A DNA stretch of 64,000 bases from an uncultured Acidobacteriota bacterium (GCA_963822445.1 CAWGHO010000002.1:576001-640000), one strand, 5' to 3'. Positions 1-14,194 are shown, counted from the first letter of the stretch. Notes: generated from the letters alone by a model not told the origin. Numbers and translations: made by a program.

Positions 1-1516
1 GGCCATGACTGTCTTCGGAGCCCTGTTCTTCCCGCCAGAAGCCGCGAGTAGGACATGAAGTTGCGGAAGCGGCCGAGGGGGCGATTGAACGCGTGGCTGA
101 CGAAGGCCAGGTAACGCGAAGCCAGCGATGCGCACGAGCTTCGGATCGCTCGATCCCGCTTCTTCGAGGAGCGTCATCAGCATCAGCGCGCGGGCGTTGT
201 CGTCGACGCAATAGCCCTCGTCGTAACGCGGCACGGTGTAGGTGGCGTGCTGCAGCATGCCCGTGCCGTCGGTCATCATCGCCACGTGGTCGAGATTGAC
301 GTCCGGCAGCTCCGCGGGCCGCGTTGCGAGCGTGCTGGCGCGGAACGCCGTCCGCCGGCGGTGCCCATGTTCGGTGTGGGCGCGCTCGAAGGTCCGCAGA
401 TACGAATGCGCGACGGCCGGCCACAGCATGGCCCGGCCATGTTCCGCGGCGCGCGCGTCGCAGCGTGTAGCGCTTCTCGGGATCGTCGAGCAGGCCGACG
501 ATCTCCGTCGCGATCGCCGAGGAATCCTTCCACGGAACGAGGATGCCCCGCCCGTCGGCGAGCAGCTCCTTCGCGTAACGGTACGGCGTGGAGATGACTG
601 CCTTCCCGGCGCCGAGCGCATATGCGAGCGTGCCCGAGGTGATCTGCTCGGGATTGAGATACGGGGTGATGTAGATGTCGGCCGCGGCCAGGAACTCCGA
701 GAGCTCGGACTGGCTGACGAAGCGATTGTGAAAGATGACGTTTCCGTCGACGCCGAGCCGTTTGGCGCGTTCCTCGAGCACGAGGCGGTACGTCTCGCCG
801 TGGCGCTCCACGATGTGCGGATGCGTTGCGCCGAGGACGATGTAGACCACGTCCGGGTAGTGGGCGAGGATCGTCGGCAGCGCGTCAATGACGTGCTCGA
901 TGCCCTTGTCCGGCGAGAGCAGGCCGAAGGTGAGGATGAGCGGACGCCCTTCCACGCCGATGCGGTTCTTGCTGCCGGCGAACGGCACGTTGGGGATGCC
1001 GTGCGGGATCACGTCGATCTTGTCGCGTGGAAACGCCGTGCACGTCGTGCAGCAGGTCCGCGCCGCCGTCGGTCATCACCACGAGGCGGTCGGAGAGCGC
1101 GTGAGCTCGTCCATGACCCGGCGCTGCTGCAGATTCGGCTCGGCCAGGATCGTGTGCAGCGTCGTCACGATTGGCATGCGCAGCTCGCGGAGCATCGGCA
1201 GCAGATGGCTGCCTGCCTTCCCGCCGAAGATCCCGTATTCGTGCTGCACGGAGATCACGTCGACGGCGTTGACGTTCAGGAAATCGGCGGCGCGCGTGTA
1301 CGCGGCGACGTCGTTGTCCGCCAGCTCGAACCGCACCCGGCTGGGATAGGCGTGCTGGTGGCCGGCGTCATTCATGGCCAGGACGAAGCAGTCCAGGTCC
1401 GCGCCCACCGCGCTGATGGCATCGGTCAGATCGGTCGTGAACGTGGCGATGCCGCACTGCCGGGGCAGGTGATTTCCGAGGACGGCGATGCGGCGGATGT
1501 TTTTTTCATCCGCCAT
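1..1516 (-). pseudogene. Glycosyltransferase family 4 protein with C-terminal extension; about 5 single-base indels; runs off the left edge
   Basis: N-terminus IAVLGNHLPRQCGIATFT and VQHEYGIFGG. Re-framed translation gives TFGLLSPDKGIE, DIYITPYLNPEQITSGTLAYA, then TDGTGMLQHA..YDEGYCVDDNARAL and GRFRNFMSY. Frame breaks near 1095, 1032, 455, 129 and 43. Confidence 0.85.
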
Positions 1517-1533
1517 CGATCTCTGTGACGCGG

Positions 1534-1752
1534 TCAACAGCGATCCTTGACGATTGCGCTGGCTTTTTCGCGGAGCGAATCGCAGCAGGTGGTCCACTGC
1601 GTGTCGAACCAGCCGTTCTCGCGTCCGTGAATGGACACGGCTACGACGGGACGATTGTGCTCATCACAGCGGAGGGCGGCGGCGCGATCGAGCCGCTCCC
1701 GCAATTTCTCGCGCAATACGGAGCGGCCGCGGTCTTCGATTTTGATTTCCAT
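1534..1752 (-). CDS. Small hypothetical protein (72 aa) with CxxH and CC motifs
   Basis: MEIKIEDRG...RCDEHN...WTTCCDSL; tightly packed between co-oriented genes. Confidence 0.65.
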   Translation of the reverse strand: MEIKIEDRGRSVLREKLRERLDRAAALRCDEHNRPVVAVSIHGRENGWFDTQWTTCCDSLREKASAIVKDRC

Positions 1753-1760
1753 TGGATTTC

Positions 1761-2201
1761 TCAAAGCGCGGATGCGACCTGCGGCACGAGCGGGGTCGCT
1801 GTCTCGCGGCGCGGCGGAAGCATCATGTGCCAGCGCGCGACGACGTCATTGGGGATGATGAACTCGAAGGTCTGACTGTGCGAGCGCAGACGCAGTACTT
1901 TCCCGCTGGCGATGGCCAGCCCGGTGGCCAGTTCCGTGTCGTATTCGATCTCGCGGACCCACTGCAGGTCGATCGAGCCTTCCATGTCCCCGTTCTCGTA
2001 AAAGAACGTTTCCTGCGTCAGTGCCAGGGCGACGGCCTGATGGCGGTTCGCGTCGACGAACTCTCCCCTGCTGACCATGCGGGAGGTCCCGCGGCGTTTC
2101 TCATTGAATGCGGCAATGCGATCGGCGCCGAAACGGCGATAGAGATTCCAGCCGAGGAGTGCGACGGCGATGACTGCGGCAATGGTTAACGCTGTAAACA
2201 T
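1761..2201 (-). CDS. Hypothetical membrane-anchored protein with a beta-rich (PH-like) soluble domain
   Basis: N-terminal hydrophobic helix followed by alternating beta-strand patterns; GGAAGGAG RBS upstream. Confidence 0.7.
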   Translation of the reverse strand: MFTALTIAAVIAVALLGWNLYRRFGADRIAAFNEKRRGTSRMVSRGEFVDANRHQAVALALTQETFFYENGDMEGSIDLQWVREIEYDTELATGLAIASGKVLRLRSHSQTFEFIIPNDVVARWHMMLPPRRETATPLVPQVASAL

Positions 2202-2260
2202 GAAGAGTCTCCTTCCAAAGAGAGGGAGAACGATCAGCCGATCGTTCTCCCGGCGGACAA

Positions 2261-2524
2261 CTAGGCGTGGATGGCTGCGTCTTTTTTCGGCTTGGCCTCG
2301 TTGACTTTGAGGTTCTGGCCATTGACGTCGCGTCCATCGAGACCGGTGATGGCCGCGCGGGCCTCATCGGCGGTGGTGAACTCGATGAAGCCGAAGCCCT
2401 TCGACTCGCCGCTGGAACGCTCGGTGGCGACGTTCGCCGAGACGATCTTGCCGAACGGCGTGGCCAGATCGTTGAGCTGGGAGTCGTTGATCTGCTTGGA
2501 GAGATTGCCTACATACAATTTCAT
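2261..2524 (-). CDS. RRM (RNP-1) RNA-binding protein
   Basis: RNP2 LYVGNL and RNP1 KGFGFIEF motifs; ends LKVNEAKPK; AGGAG RBS. Confidence 0.95.
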   Translation of the reverse strand: MKLYVGNLSKQINDSQLNDLATPFGKIVSANVATERSSGESKGFGFIEFTTADEARAAITGLDGRDVNGQNLKVNEAKPKKDAAIHA

Positions 2525-2693
2525 TTGAAGCTCCTGGCCGGCTTCTGGCCGGCAATTCATTCGAAAGCTGTAGCAGAGGGCTTGCGCCGCTTGTCACGCT
2601 TCGAAGGAATGGGAGGCTAAGAGGGGTGAGTCCAGAGGATCTGACTTAGTTCAGATGGACTGAAATGCCGGAGAAGTTTCCCCGGCCGGACCC

Positions 2694-2722
2694 ACCATAC
2701 GCGGTTTGGCTGCCAATGTCAC
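2694..2722 (-). promoter_or_regulatory. Putative sigma70-type promoter of the RRM gene
   Basis: Minus strand reads GTGACA-17 nt-TATGGT, which predicts a leader of about 160 nt. Confidence 0.5.
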
Positions 2723-2850
2723 TGCCGGGACTTTACGGCGCCGTTAATGCATTACCACTTGCAGTCCCGCAAAGTTCTCTGATTTTCACGTCGTAACTTC
2801 GACGGCTGCGTCTTGCGATCGCGACCGGTACTCAAACCAGGAGGCGATTC

Positions 2851-5195
<2,345 letters not shown>

Positions 5196-5199
<4 letters not shown>

Positions 5200-5582
5200 G
5201 CACGATCCTGATCGTCGAAGACAACGAGATGAATCGCGACATGCTCTCGCGCCGGCTGATGCGCGTTGGTTACGAGGTATTGATTGCGGTGGATGGCGAG
5301 ACCGGGATCGAGATGGCCCGCACGACCGCGCCCGACCTGATCCTGATGGACATGAGCCTGCCGGTGATGGATGGCTGGGAAGCAACGCGCCGCATGAAGT
5401 CGGATGAGACTCTCAGGCACATCCCGGTCATCGCGCTGACCGCTCATGCGATGGCAAACGACCGCGACAAAGCGCTCGCAGCCGGGTGCGACGACTACGA
5501 CACGAAGCCGATCGAGCTTCCCCGCCTGCTTGCAAAGATGGACGCGCTGCTGTTCGCGCCCGCTTCCGAGCGTGGGTCATGA
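5196..5582 (+). CDS. Single-domain response regulator (DivK-like)
   Basis: ILIVEDN, LILMDMSLP, ALTAHAM, YDTKP; ATGA overlap with the upstream kinase. Confidence 0.95.
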
Positions 5583-7000
5583 GCACGTTGCCGAAGCCGC
5601 ATTCGGGCCGGCGCTCCACCAAGACGACGCTTTCGCCGCAGCTTCTTCATGACCTGCGCAGCCCTCTGAATCAGATCATGGGCTACTCGGAGATCCTGAT
5701 CGAGGAGGTCGACGGTCCGCTTCGCGATGGATTCGTCGCCGATCTTCAGAAGGTCCGGGACGCCGGCCAGAAAATGCTCCGGATCATCGAGGGGAACTTC
5801 ACCACGGTCGCCGACAGCCGTCCGGCCACGATTGCGCTGGCCGAGGAAGACGAGCCGGCACCGGAGCCTGCTGCGTACGCGGACCGGCGGGTGATTGCAC
5901 CCGGTCTGCTACTCGTGGTCGACGATGACGAAACCAATCGCGACGTGCTGTCCAGAAGGCTGAAACGCCAAGGCCACAAAGTCGAAACGGCCAGCAGCGG
6001 CAGCGAGGCGCTGCTGCTCATGCGCGCCACCGAGTTCGACGTCGTGCTGCTCGACATCATGATGCCGGACATGGACGGCTACGACGTCCTCGGCCAGATC
6101 AAGGCCGACGAGCAGCTCAAGCACATCCCCGTGATCATGATCTCCGCGCTCACGGAGTTGCGGTCAGTGGTGCGCTGCATCGAGGCCGGCGCGGAAGACT
6201 ATCTGGCCAAGCCGTTCGATCCGACGCTGCTCCGAGCACGCATCGGGGCGTCGCTCGGCAAGAAGCGCGGACGCGATCGGGAGACCGAGCTGTACGCGCA
6301 GCTTCAGGAAAACTACAAGCGGCTTCAGGAGATGGAGAAGCTGCGCGACGACATGCGGAACATGATCGTCCACGATCTGCGCACGCCGCTGACGTCGGTG
6401 ATCGTCGGCGTGGAGATGCTCGAGAAGCACGGCGCATTGAACGAAATGCAGCGGGACATGATGACCATCGCCGCCGGCGGCGGCCGCACGCTGCTGAGCA
6501 TGATCAACGACCTGCTCGACGTGGAGAAGATGGAAGCGGGCGCCACGAAGCTGCAGTTCGAAGAGCTGGCCGCTTCGACGCTGGTCGCCGGTGCGGTGAC
6601 GCAGGTCGCGTCGCTGGCCGTGGACGCGCAGACAACCGTCGTAACGGACATCGCCGAAGATCTTCCGGCGTTCCGCGGCGATCAGAACAAGTTGAGCCGC
6701 ACGCTGGTCAATCTGATCGCGAATGCCATCAAGTTCACCCGCGCGGGAACGGTGACCGTCACCGCCTCTCAGAACGACGGCCACATCGTCTTCGCGATCT
6801 CCGACACCGGACCGGGGATCCCGGAGGAAGCGTTCGACCGGATCTTCGAGAAGTTCGGACAGCTCGATCCGCGGAACAAGGTCGGCACCGGACTCGGACT
6901 GGCGTTCTGCAAGCTGGCGGTGGAAGCGCACGGCGGGCGGATTCGGGTCGAAAGCACGCTGGGGGTGGGAAGCACGTTCTCGTTCACGATTCCTGTCTAG
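5579..7000 (+). CDS. Hybrid kinase (orphan HisKA-REC-HisKA-HATPase)
   Basis: LHDLRSPLNQI, receiver VVDDD..LLDIMMP..AKP, second H-box VHDLRTPL, NAIKFT, GTGLGL; ATGA overlap with the response regulator. Confidence 0.92.
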   Translation: MSTLPKPHSGRRSTKTTLSPQLLHDLRSPLNQIMGYSEILIEEVDGPLRDGFVADLQKVRDAGQKMLRIIEGNFTTVADSRPATIALAEEDEPAPEPAAYADRRVIAPGLLLVVDDDETNRDVLSRRLKRQGHKVETASSGSEALLLMRATEFDVVLLDIMMPDMDGYDVLGQIKADEQLKHIPVIMISALTELRSVVRCIEAGAEDYLAKPFDPTLLRARIGASLGKKRGRDRETELYAQLQENYKRLQEMEKLRDDMRNMIVHDLRTPLTSVIVGVEMLEKHGALNEMQRDMMTIAAGGGRTLLSMINDLLDVEKMEAGATKLQFEELAASTLVAGAVTQVASLAVDAQTTVVTDIAEDLPAFRGDQNKLSRTLVNLIANAIKFTRAGTVTVTASQNDGHIVFAISDTGPGIPEEAFDRIFEKFGQLDPRNKVGTGLGLAFCKLAVEAHGGRIRVESTLGVGSTFSFTIPV

Positions 7001-7068
7001 GAGTGCGGCGGCAGAGCCGCCGCTTTGGTACGTCCTCGCAAAGCGGCGGCTCTGCCGCCGCACTCCTA
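6998..7068. repeat. Perfect 30-bp inverted repeat (REP-like doublet or bidirectional terminator)
   Basis: TAGGAGTGCGGCGGCAGAGCCGCCGCTTTG, an 11-nt loop, then the exact reverse complement. Each arm contains an internal palindrome and the stop codon of one of the two convergent genes. Confidence 0.9.
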
Positions 7069-8394
7069 AACGTACTTCTTCGGCAGGATCACCCGAAACG
7101 TCGTCCCTTGGCCGGGACTGGTGGCCAGTTCCAGACCTGCATCGAGCAACTCGCAAAGGCGCTTGACGATCGACAGACCCACGCCCTCACCGGGCTGCTG
7201 CACGTCGGTCAGCGCGGGTGACTGCGAGCCGAGGGTCGTCGCGGAGGGCATGTCTTTGCGGCGATCGGTACTGGCGTTGCGCGCATCGGCGGCGGCCTTC
7301 GTCGCGTCGTGCAGCTCGTGCGCGAACGGCGCGGCCTGGTTCTCGTCGATTCCCGGTCCGGTGTCCTGCACGGAGAAGGTCCAGCGATTGGTATCGCGGC
7401 CGGTATCGAAGCCCCAGGTGACCGACACGCCGCCGACCGGCGTGTATTTGAGCGCGTTGAGCAGCAGATTCTGCACGATGCGCAGGACCTTGCTCTTGTC
7501 GCCTTCGACGATCAGTTCATCGGGCCCGGACATCTTCAGATACAACCCGCGATCCGTCGCCGCGGCCTGCGATGCGGTGCAGAAATCGCGCAGTAGTTCC
7601 GCCGCATCAAACTCGGAGATCTCGCGCAGCTCGTGACCCGCTTCGAGACGGGCCAGGCTCAGAAGGTCGTTCAGCATGTCGTGCAGCGAGGCCACGCTCT
7701 TGCTGAGCATGTCCGCGACTTCGACGCGGATCGGCTCCGGCAATCCATCACCGCCCTCGCCGCTCAGCAGCGTGGTCGCCCCGCGCACCACGGTCACGCT
7801 GCCGCGAAGGTCATGAGCGGCCCTGCGCCACGCTTCGGCGCGCGACCGTTCCAACGTCTGCAGGGCGTCCATTGCCCGCTCGAGATCGGCGGCATGGCCG
7901 GCCGCCTCGCTCTGATGGCGCTGCCAGTACTGCATCGCGCTTTCGGTCACGCCGTGTGTACACAACTCCGTCCACGCCCGGCGTGCGGTGGGCATGACGC
8001 TCCGCTCGAGTTCGTCGTGGGCCGCTTCGTAGCGCTCGAGCTCATCGGCGACGGTGATCTGAAGATGTCCCCACTCCCGGATCAGCTCGCGAAGTTGATA
8101 GCCCTGCTGCCAGCGCTGCAGTCCATGCTCGCAAACCTTGGCGTGCTCGTTCCGATCGGCGGCCGCGTCCTGGGCATCGGGCCAGGCCTCGATGGTGCTG
8201 GCCAGACAGTCGAGAACGGCCGGGATGTGGTCGTTGAACTGCGCGCGGGACAGCGAGGAGGCGATGCTGTGCTCGGCGTCGGCGTTCCCCGCATCCCGCC
8301 ACGCCTGGAGGATCACATCGCGGCGTCCGAGCAGATGATCGGAAAGCGCACCGAGTTGCTGGCGCGCATGGTTAGCCTGGAGGAGAGCGGACAC
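7066..8394 (-). CDS. Histidine kinase with an RsbRD-like N-terminal helical domain (start uncertain)
   Basis: HGLQRWQQGY..ELIREW segment, H-box AHDLRGS, NALKYT, DTGPGI, GEGVGLSIV. Confidence 0.85.
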   Translation of the reverse strand: MSALLQANHARQQLGALSDHLLGRRDVILQAWRDAGNADAEHSIASSLSRAQFNDHIPAVLDCLASTIEAWPDAQDAAADRNEHAKVCEHGLQRWQQGYQLRELIREWGHLQITVADELERYEAAHDELERSVMPTARRAWTELCTHGVTESAMQYWQRHQSEAAGHAADLERAMDALQTLERSRAEAWRRAAHDLRGSVTVVRGATTLLSGEGGDGLPEPIRVEVADMLSKSVASLHDMLNDLLSLARLEAGHELREISEFDAAELLRDFCTASQAAATDRGLYLKMSGPDELIVEGDKSKVLRIVQNLLLNALKYTPVGGVSVTWGFDTGRDTNRWTFSVQDTGPGIDENQAAPFAHELHDATKAAADARNASTDRRKDMPSATTLGSQSPALTDVQQPGEGVGLSIVKRLCELLDAGLELATSPGQGTTFRVILPKKYV

Positions 8395-8508
8395 GTGAAG
8401 GGAAGGAATGCACGAAACGACCCACAAAAAGAAATATGGGCCTCCCCGTAATAAGCTGGTTCACATTCTGCTTTGCTTTGAGGTAACTGAAGTCTGCGGA
8501 GACGATTG

Positions 8509-9597
8509 ATGACTGAAGCGGCCCGGAACCCCGATCAAGAAGTGCGCGCGGGAGGCATCGACTATTTCGTGATGTCCTTCCTCATCTTCACGCCCATTGT
8601 GGGCGTGCTGGGCACCGCGCTTTACACGTATTTCAACGGATTCCAGCTCTGGATGCCTCTGCTCGCGCTCGGCATGTACGCCCTGGTCGGAATCTCGATC
8701 TGCGCGGGATACCACCGCTTCTTCTCCCACAAGAGCTACGAGGCCTCGAAGCCGGTCCAGATCTTCTACGCGATCTTCGGCGCGATGGCCGCGCAGAACT
8801 CGATCCTCTGGTGGTCGTCCAGCCATCGCAATCATCACCAGTTCGTCGACAAGGACTGGGATCCGTACAACATCAAGCGCGGCTTCTGGTGGGCGCACAT
8901 CCTCTGGGTGTTCTATCGCCACCCGGCTCCTGACGCGGAAGCGAACGCACCTGACCTGCTGAAGAACCCGATCGTCCGCTGGCAGAACCGCTGGTACAAG
9001 GCGATCCTGATCGTCGGCGGCTTCGGCCTGCCCACTCTCGTCGGCGCCGCGTTCGGCGATCCGATCGCCGGTCTGCTCTGGGGCGGCTTCCTCCGCCTGG
9101 CCGTGATTCATCACACGACGTTTTTCGTGAACTCGCTCGCGCACTACATCGGCAAGCCGGCGTACAACGCGGAAGTCTCAGCCCGCGACAACTGGGCCGT
9201 CGCCCTGCTCACCCTGGGCGAGGGCTATCACAGCTTCCATCACCGCTTCCCCGCCGATTTCCGCAACGGGATCCGCTGGTATCACTGGGACCCGGCGAAG
9301 TGGTTCATCGCCAGCCTCCGCGGAGTCGGTCTGGCCAGCGATCTCCGCTCGGCCACGCCGCCGCAGATCGAACAGGCGCGCATGGAAGCGGAGCTTCGCG
9401 AGATCGAGCCGCGCCTTGCGGTCGCCCACAGCGACATCGCCGATCACGTGCGCAAACTGATCGCCGACGCGCGGGTGCATCTGGAGACGGCGATGACGCT
9501 CTGGCGCGAGCACGATACGCGTCGCGTCGCGCGTCGCCACGTTCGCGAGGCCCGTCGGCGCTGGCGTCGTGCTTCGCGCGTTGCGGCTGCGGCATAG
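8509..9597 (+). CDS. Delta-9-type acyl-CoA/fatty acid desaturase
   Basis: His boxes GYHRFFSH, HRNHHQ and GEGYHSFHH; transmembrane segments. Confidence 0.95.
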   Translation: MTEAARNPDQEVRAGGIDYFVMSFLIFTPIVGVLGTALYTYFNGFQLWMPLLALGMYALVGISICAGYHRFFSHKSYEASKPVQIFYAIFGAMAAQNSILWWSSSHRNHHQFVDKDWDPYNIKRGFWWAHILWVFYRHPAPDAEANAPDLLKNPIVRWQNRWYKAILIVGGFGLPTLVGAAFGDPIAGLLWGGFLRLAVIHHTTFFVNSLAHYIGKPAYNAEVSARDNWAVALLTLGEGYHSFHHRFPADFRNGIRWYHWDPAKWFIASLRGVGLASDLRSATPPQIEQARMEAELREIEPRLAVAHSDIADHVRKLIADARVHLETAMTLWREHDTRRVARRHVREARRRWRRASRVAAAA

Positions 9598-9599
9598 GG

Positions 9600-9747
9600 G
9601 ACCGACGGGGGGCCTCCGGCGGGCCGGCCGCGGGCCGGCAGGCGCTGGTGTTGGCGCGAACGCGACTCGCGCCAGCTACCGCGACTTCGGCAGAAGGCAC
9701 AACCAGCGCCTGCCGGCCCGTGGCCGGCCCGCCGGAGGCCCCTCGGT

Positions 9748-9748
<1 letters not shown>
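9600..9748. repeat. Long imperfect inverted repeat (REP-like) between convergent genes
   Basis: GGGCCTCCGGCGGGCCGGCCGCGGGCCGGCAGGCGCTGGT pairs with ACCAGCGCCTGCCGGCCCGTGGCCGGCCCGCCGGAGGCCC; a degenerate half copy sits near 16466-16492. Confidence 0.8.
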
Positions 9749-11406
<1,658 letters not shown>

Positions 11407-11496
11407 TTAGTTTAGTGACCCACGGCACGCTCCGGTTTCTCCGGCGTCCCCATAATCGCCGGCCTCTCTCTCTTCACAACTCGCAGGAGGAACATC

Positions 11497-13545
11497 ATGG
11501 CTCGGTCTCTCGGGACATTTCTCTTACTTCTCTGCGCCCTCGGCGCGCAGGCGGCGGTCCTCGAAGTCGAAGGTCCGCAGGACAGTCTGGCCGGTGCGCC
11601 AACCATCAATCACTGCACGCTGCGCAAAGCGGTCATCAACGCGAACACCAATGGCGGCGGGTATCCGCAATGCCTCGCAGGCACGCTCGGCGTCGACACG
11701 ATCACCATCCCCGCGGGCATGTCCATCACCTTCGCGCTGGCAGGGACGATGGAAGACGCCGGACTTACCGGCGATCTGGACATCACCGACGACCTGATCA
11801 TCCAGGGCAACGGCGCGACGATCGACGGCGCGGATCTCGACCGCATCTTCGACATCCATCCCGGCGTGACGGTCACCATCTACGACCTCACGCTCCAGAA
11901 CGGGCGCGGGAACGGCGCCGGCGGCGGAATCCAGCTGAACGACTCCACGCTCAACCTGCACAACGTGACCATCACCAGCTGCCACGCTCCGAACGGCGAC
12001 GGCGGCGCGATCCTCACCGCCAACAGCGCCGTGCTGAACATGACCAACTGCACGATCAGCGGCAACACCGCCGCGCATTACGCCGGCGGCGTGATCATCG
12101 GCGGCGGCACGGCGACGGTGAAAAGCTGCACGATCACGGGCAACTCGTCGGGCTTCAGCAATCTCACCGGCGGCTTTCACGCCGGCGGCATGACCACGCT
12201 GCAGAACACGGTCATCGCCGGCAACACCGGCCTCGATCTTCCCAACGTCGCCGGCTTCTTCACGAGCCTCGGCCACAACATCATCGGCAACTACGGAACG
12301 AACGTCGCCGCGATCAGCATCACCGCCACCACCGGCGATCAGTTCCAGGTCAACGACGCACTGCTGAACTTCGGACCGCTGCAGAACAACGGCGGACTGA
12401 CGCCGACCCATGCGCTGCTTGCGGGCAGCATCGCCCTCGATGCGGGCAACAGCGGCGGCGTGATCACCGACCAGCGCGCTCTGACCCGCCCCTGCGACAA
12501 CGCGGCGATCGCGAATGCCGCGGGCGGCGACGGCGCGGATGTCGGTGCGTTCGAAGAGCAGGTCCTCTGCGCCACGGTCAACGTGGCGCCGGATGCGGTT
12601 GATGACGCGGCGGTGGTCGCGGAAGACAGCGGCTCGAACAGCATCGACGTGCTGGCGAACGACAGCGATTCGAACGGCGACGCGCTGACGATTCTCAGCG
12701 TCACCGCGGCCTCGAACGGCACCGCCGGCATCAGCGGCGGCATGGTCACGTACGCGCCGGATCCGAACTTCTTCGGCAGCGACTCCTTCACCTACACGAT
12801 CTCCGACGGCACGGAGAGCGACACGGCCACGATCAACGTCACGGTGACGAACGTCAACGACGCGCCGGTCGCGGCTGGCGAGTCGTACAACATGAATCAG
12901 GACACCACGCTCACCGTTCCGGCGGCGGGCGTGCTCGCCAACGACTCGGACATCGACGGGCCGTCGCTGAGCGCGGTGCTCGACAGCGGTCTGCCCGGCC
13001 TCGCGCTCAATGCGAACGGCGGCTTCTCCTACACGCCGCCGCTGAACTTCGCGGGTCAGGTCTCGTTCACCTACCACGCGAGCGACGGCGTCGCGTCTTC
13101 GAACACAGTCACAGTGACGATCGACGTCGCCGATACGCAGGCCCCGGAGATCACCGCGTCGACGGCGATTTCCTCGATCTGGCCGCCGAATTCGAAGATG
13201 GTCGATGTCGGCCTGACCTACAGCGCAATCGACAACAGCAGCGCGGTCACGACCTCGTTCACGGTCTTCAGCGATGAGGACGACGTGACGCCGGCCGGAG
13301 GCGAGCAGTTCCCCGACGCGATCGGCGCGCTGAGCCTTCGCGCGGACCGCAACGCGAAGAGCGACGGCCGCGTGTACCTGATCCGCATCACCGCGACCGA
13401 TGCGTTCTCGAACACGAGCTACGCGTGCCTCACCGTGGTCGTGCCGAAGAGTCTCAGCGCGGCCGACGTCGCCTCGGTGAATGCGCAGGCTGCCGCGGCG
13501 CAGGCGCAATGCACGGGTGGCGGGATGTTCATCATCGGGGATTGA
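11497..13545 (+). CDS. Secreted beta-helix protein with choice-of-anchor Q and Ig-like (Big_9-type) domains
   Basis: Signal peptide; CSLREA-like CTLRKAV; GPLQNNGGLTPTHALLAGS..DQR..DVGAFE; VLANDSD repeats; GGAGG RBS. Confidence 0.88.
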   Translation: MARSLGTFLLLLCALGAQAAVLEVEGPQDSLAGAPTINHCTLRKAVINANTNGGGYPQCLAGTLGVDTITIPAGMSITFALAGTMEDAGLTGDLDITDDLIIQGNGATIDGADLDRIFDIHPGVTVTIYDLTLQNGRGNGAGGGIQLNDSTLNLHNVTITSCHAPNGDGGAILTANSAVLNMTNCTISGNTAAHYAGGVIIGGGTATVKSCTITGNSSGFSNLTGGFHAGGMTTLQNTVIAGNTGLDLPNVAGFFTSLGHNIIGNYGTNVAAISITATTGDQFQVNDALLNFGPLQNNGGLTPTHALLAGSIALDAGNSGGVITDQRALTRPCDNAAIANAAGGDGADVGAFEEQVLCATVNVAPDAVDDAAVVAEDSGSNSIDVLANDSDSNGDALTILSVTAASNGTAGISGGMVTYAPDPNFFGSDSFTYTISDGTESDTATINVTVTNVNDAPVAAGESYNMNQDTTLTVPAAGVLANDSDIDGPSLSAVLDSGLPGLALNANGGFSYTPPLNFAGQVSFTYHASDGVASSNTVTVTIDVADTQAPEITASTAISSIWPPNSKMVDVGLTYSAIDNSSAVTTSFTVFSDEDDVTPAGGEQFPDAIGALSLRADRNAKSDGRVYLIRITATDAFSNTSYACLTVVVPKSLSAADVASVNAQAAAAQAQCTGGGMFIIGD

Positions 13546-13547
13546 TC

Positions 13548-13660
13548 GTACGGCGGGCGTCCCGCCCGCATCCGGCCGGGCATCGTGCCCGGCCGTCACA
13601 GCGAAGTGATAGCGCCGGGCGGAAACGCCCGGCGCGAGGCGGGCGAGACGCCCGCCGTAC
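13548..13660. repeat. REP-like inverted pair with internal hairpins
   Basis: GTACGGCGGGCGTCCCGCCCGC ... GCGGGCGAGACGCCCGCCGTAC, between convergent genes. Confidence 0.8.
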
Positions 13661-14188
13661 TCACTTCTGTCCGAAGATGCTGCCGAGCGACGGGATGTTC
13701 AGACCGCCGCCCAGGCCACCCTCATTCAACACGTTGGGCAGCGCGTTCGCGTCGATGCCCTTCTGCCTCTTCATCCGTCCGAGAACGCCCATGATGATCG
13801 GGGCGAGCATGGCCATCAGCTGCGCGACCTGAGCGGCATCGAGTCCCGAGGCCTTGCCCACTCCCTGCTCCACGGGATCGCGCTTGGAGCCGAGGATGTG
13901 GCCGAGGATCTTGCCGCCGATCCCGCCGAGTGCACCGCCACCGCCGCCGCCACCGAGCAGGCCGCCGAGGTTGTCGAGGATGCTGCCGTCGTGTGCGTTG
14001 AGGGCGTTGTCGAGCGCGGCCGCGCCCTGCGGCTCCGCGACGTTCTGCGAAAGGCCGCCGAGAAGCGCGGGCAAAGCCATCGAGATCGCCTTCGACGTCG
14101 CCTCGGGGTCCGCGCCGAGCGTGCCGCTCAACTGATGAATCGTGTCCGGGCCAAGTTGCTGGCGTACTTCTTCGAGGATCGAGCTCAT
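13661..14188 (-). CDS. DUF937-like protein
   Basis: AAALDNALNAHDGSILDNLGGLLGG..GGKILGHILG..LAPIIMGVLG pattern. Confidence 0.8.
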   Translation of the reverse strand: MSSILEEVRQQLGPDTIHQLSGTLGADPEATSKAISMALPALLGGLSQNVAEPQGAAALDNALNAHDGSILDNLGGLLGGGGGGGALGGIGGKILGHILGSKRDPVEQGVGKASGLDAAQVAQLMAMLAPIIMGVLGRMKRQKGIDANALPNVLNEGGLGGGLNIPSLGSIFGQK

Positions 14189-14194
14189 GACGCG

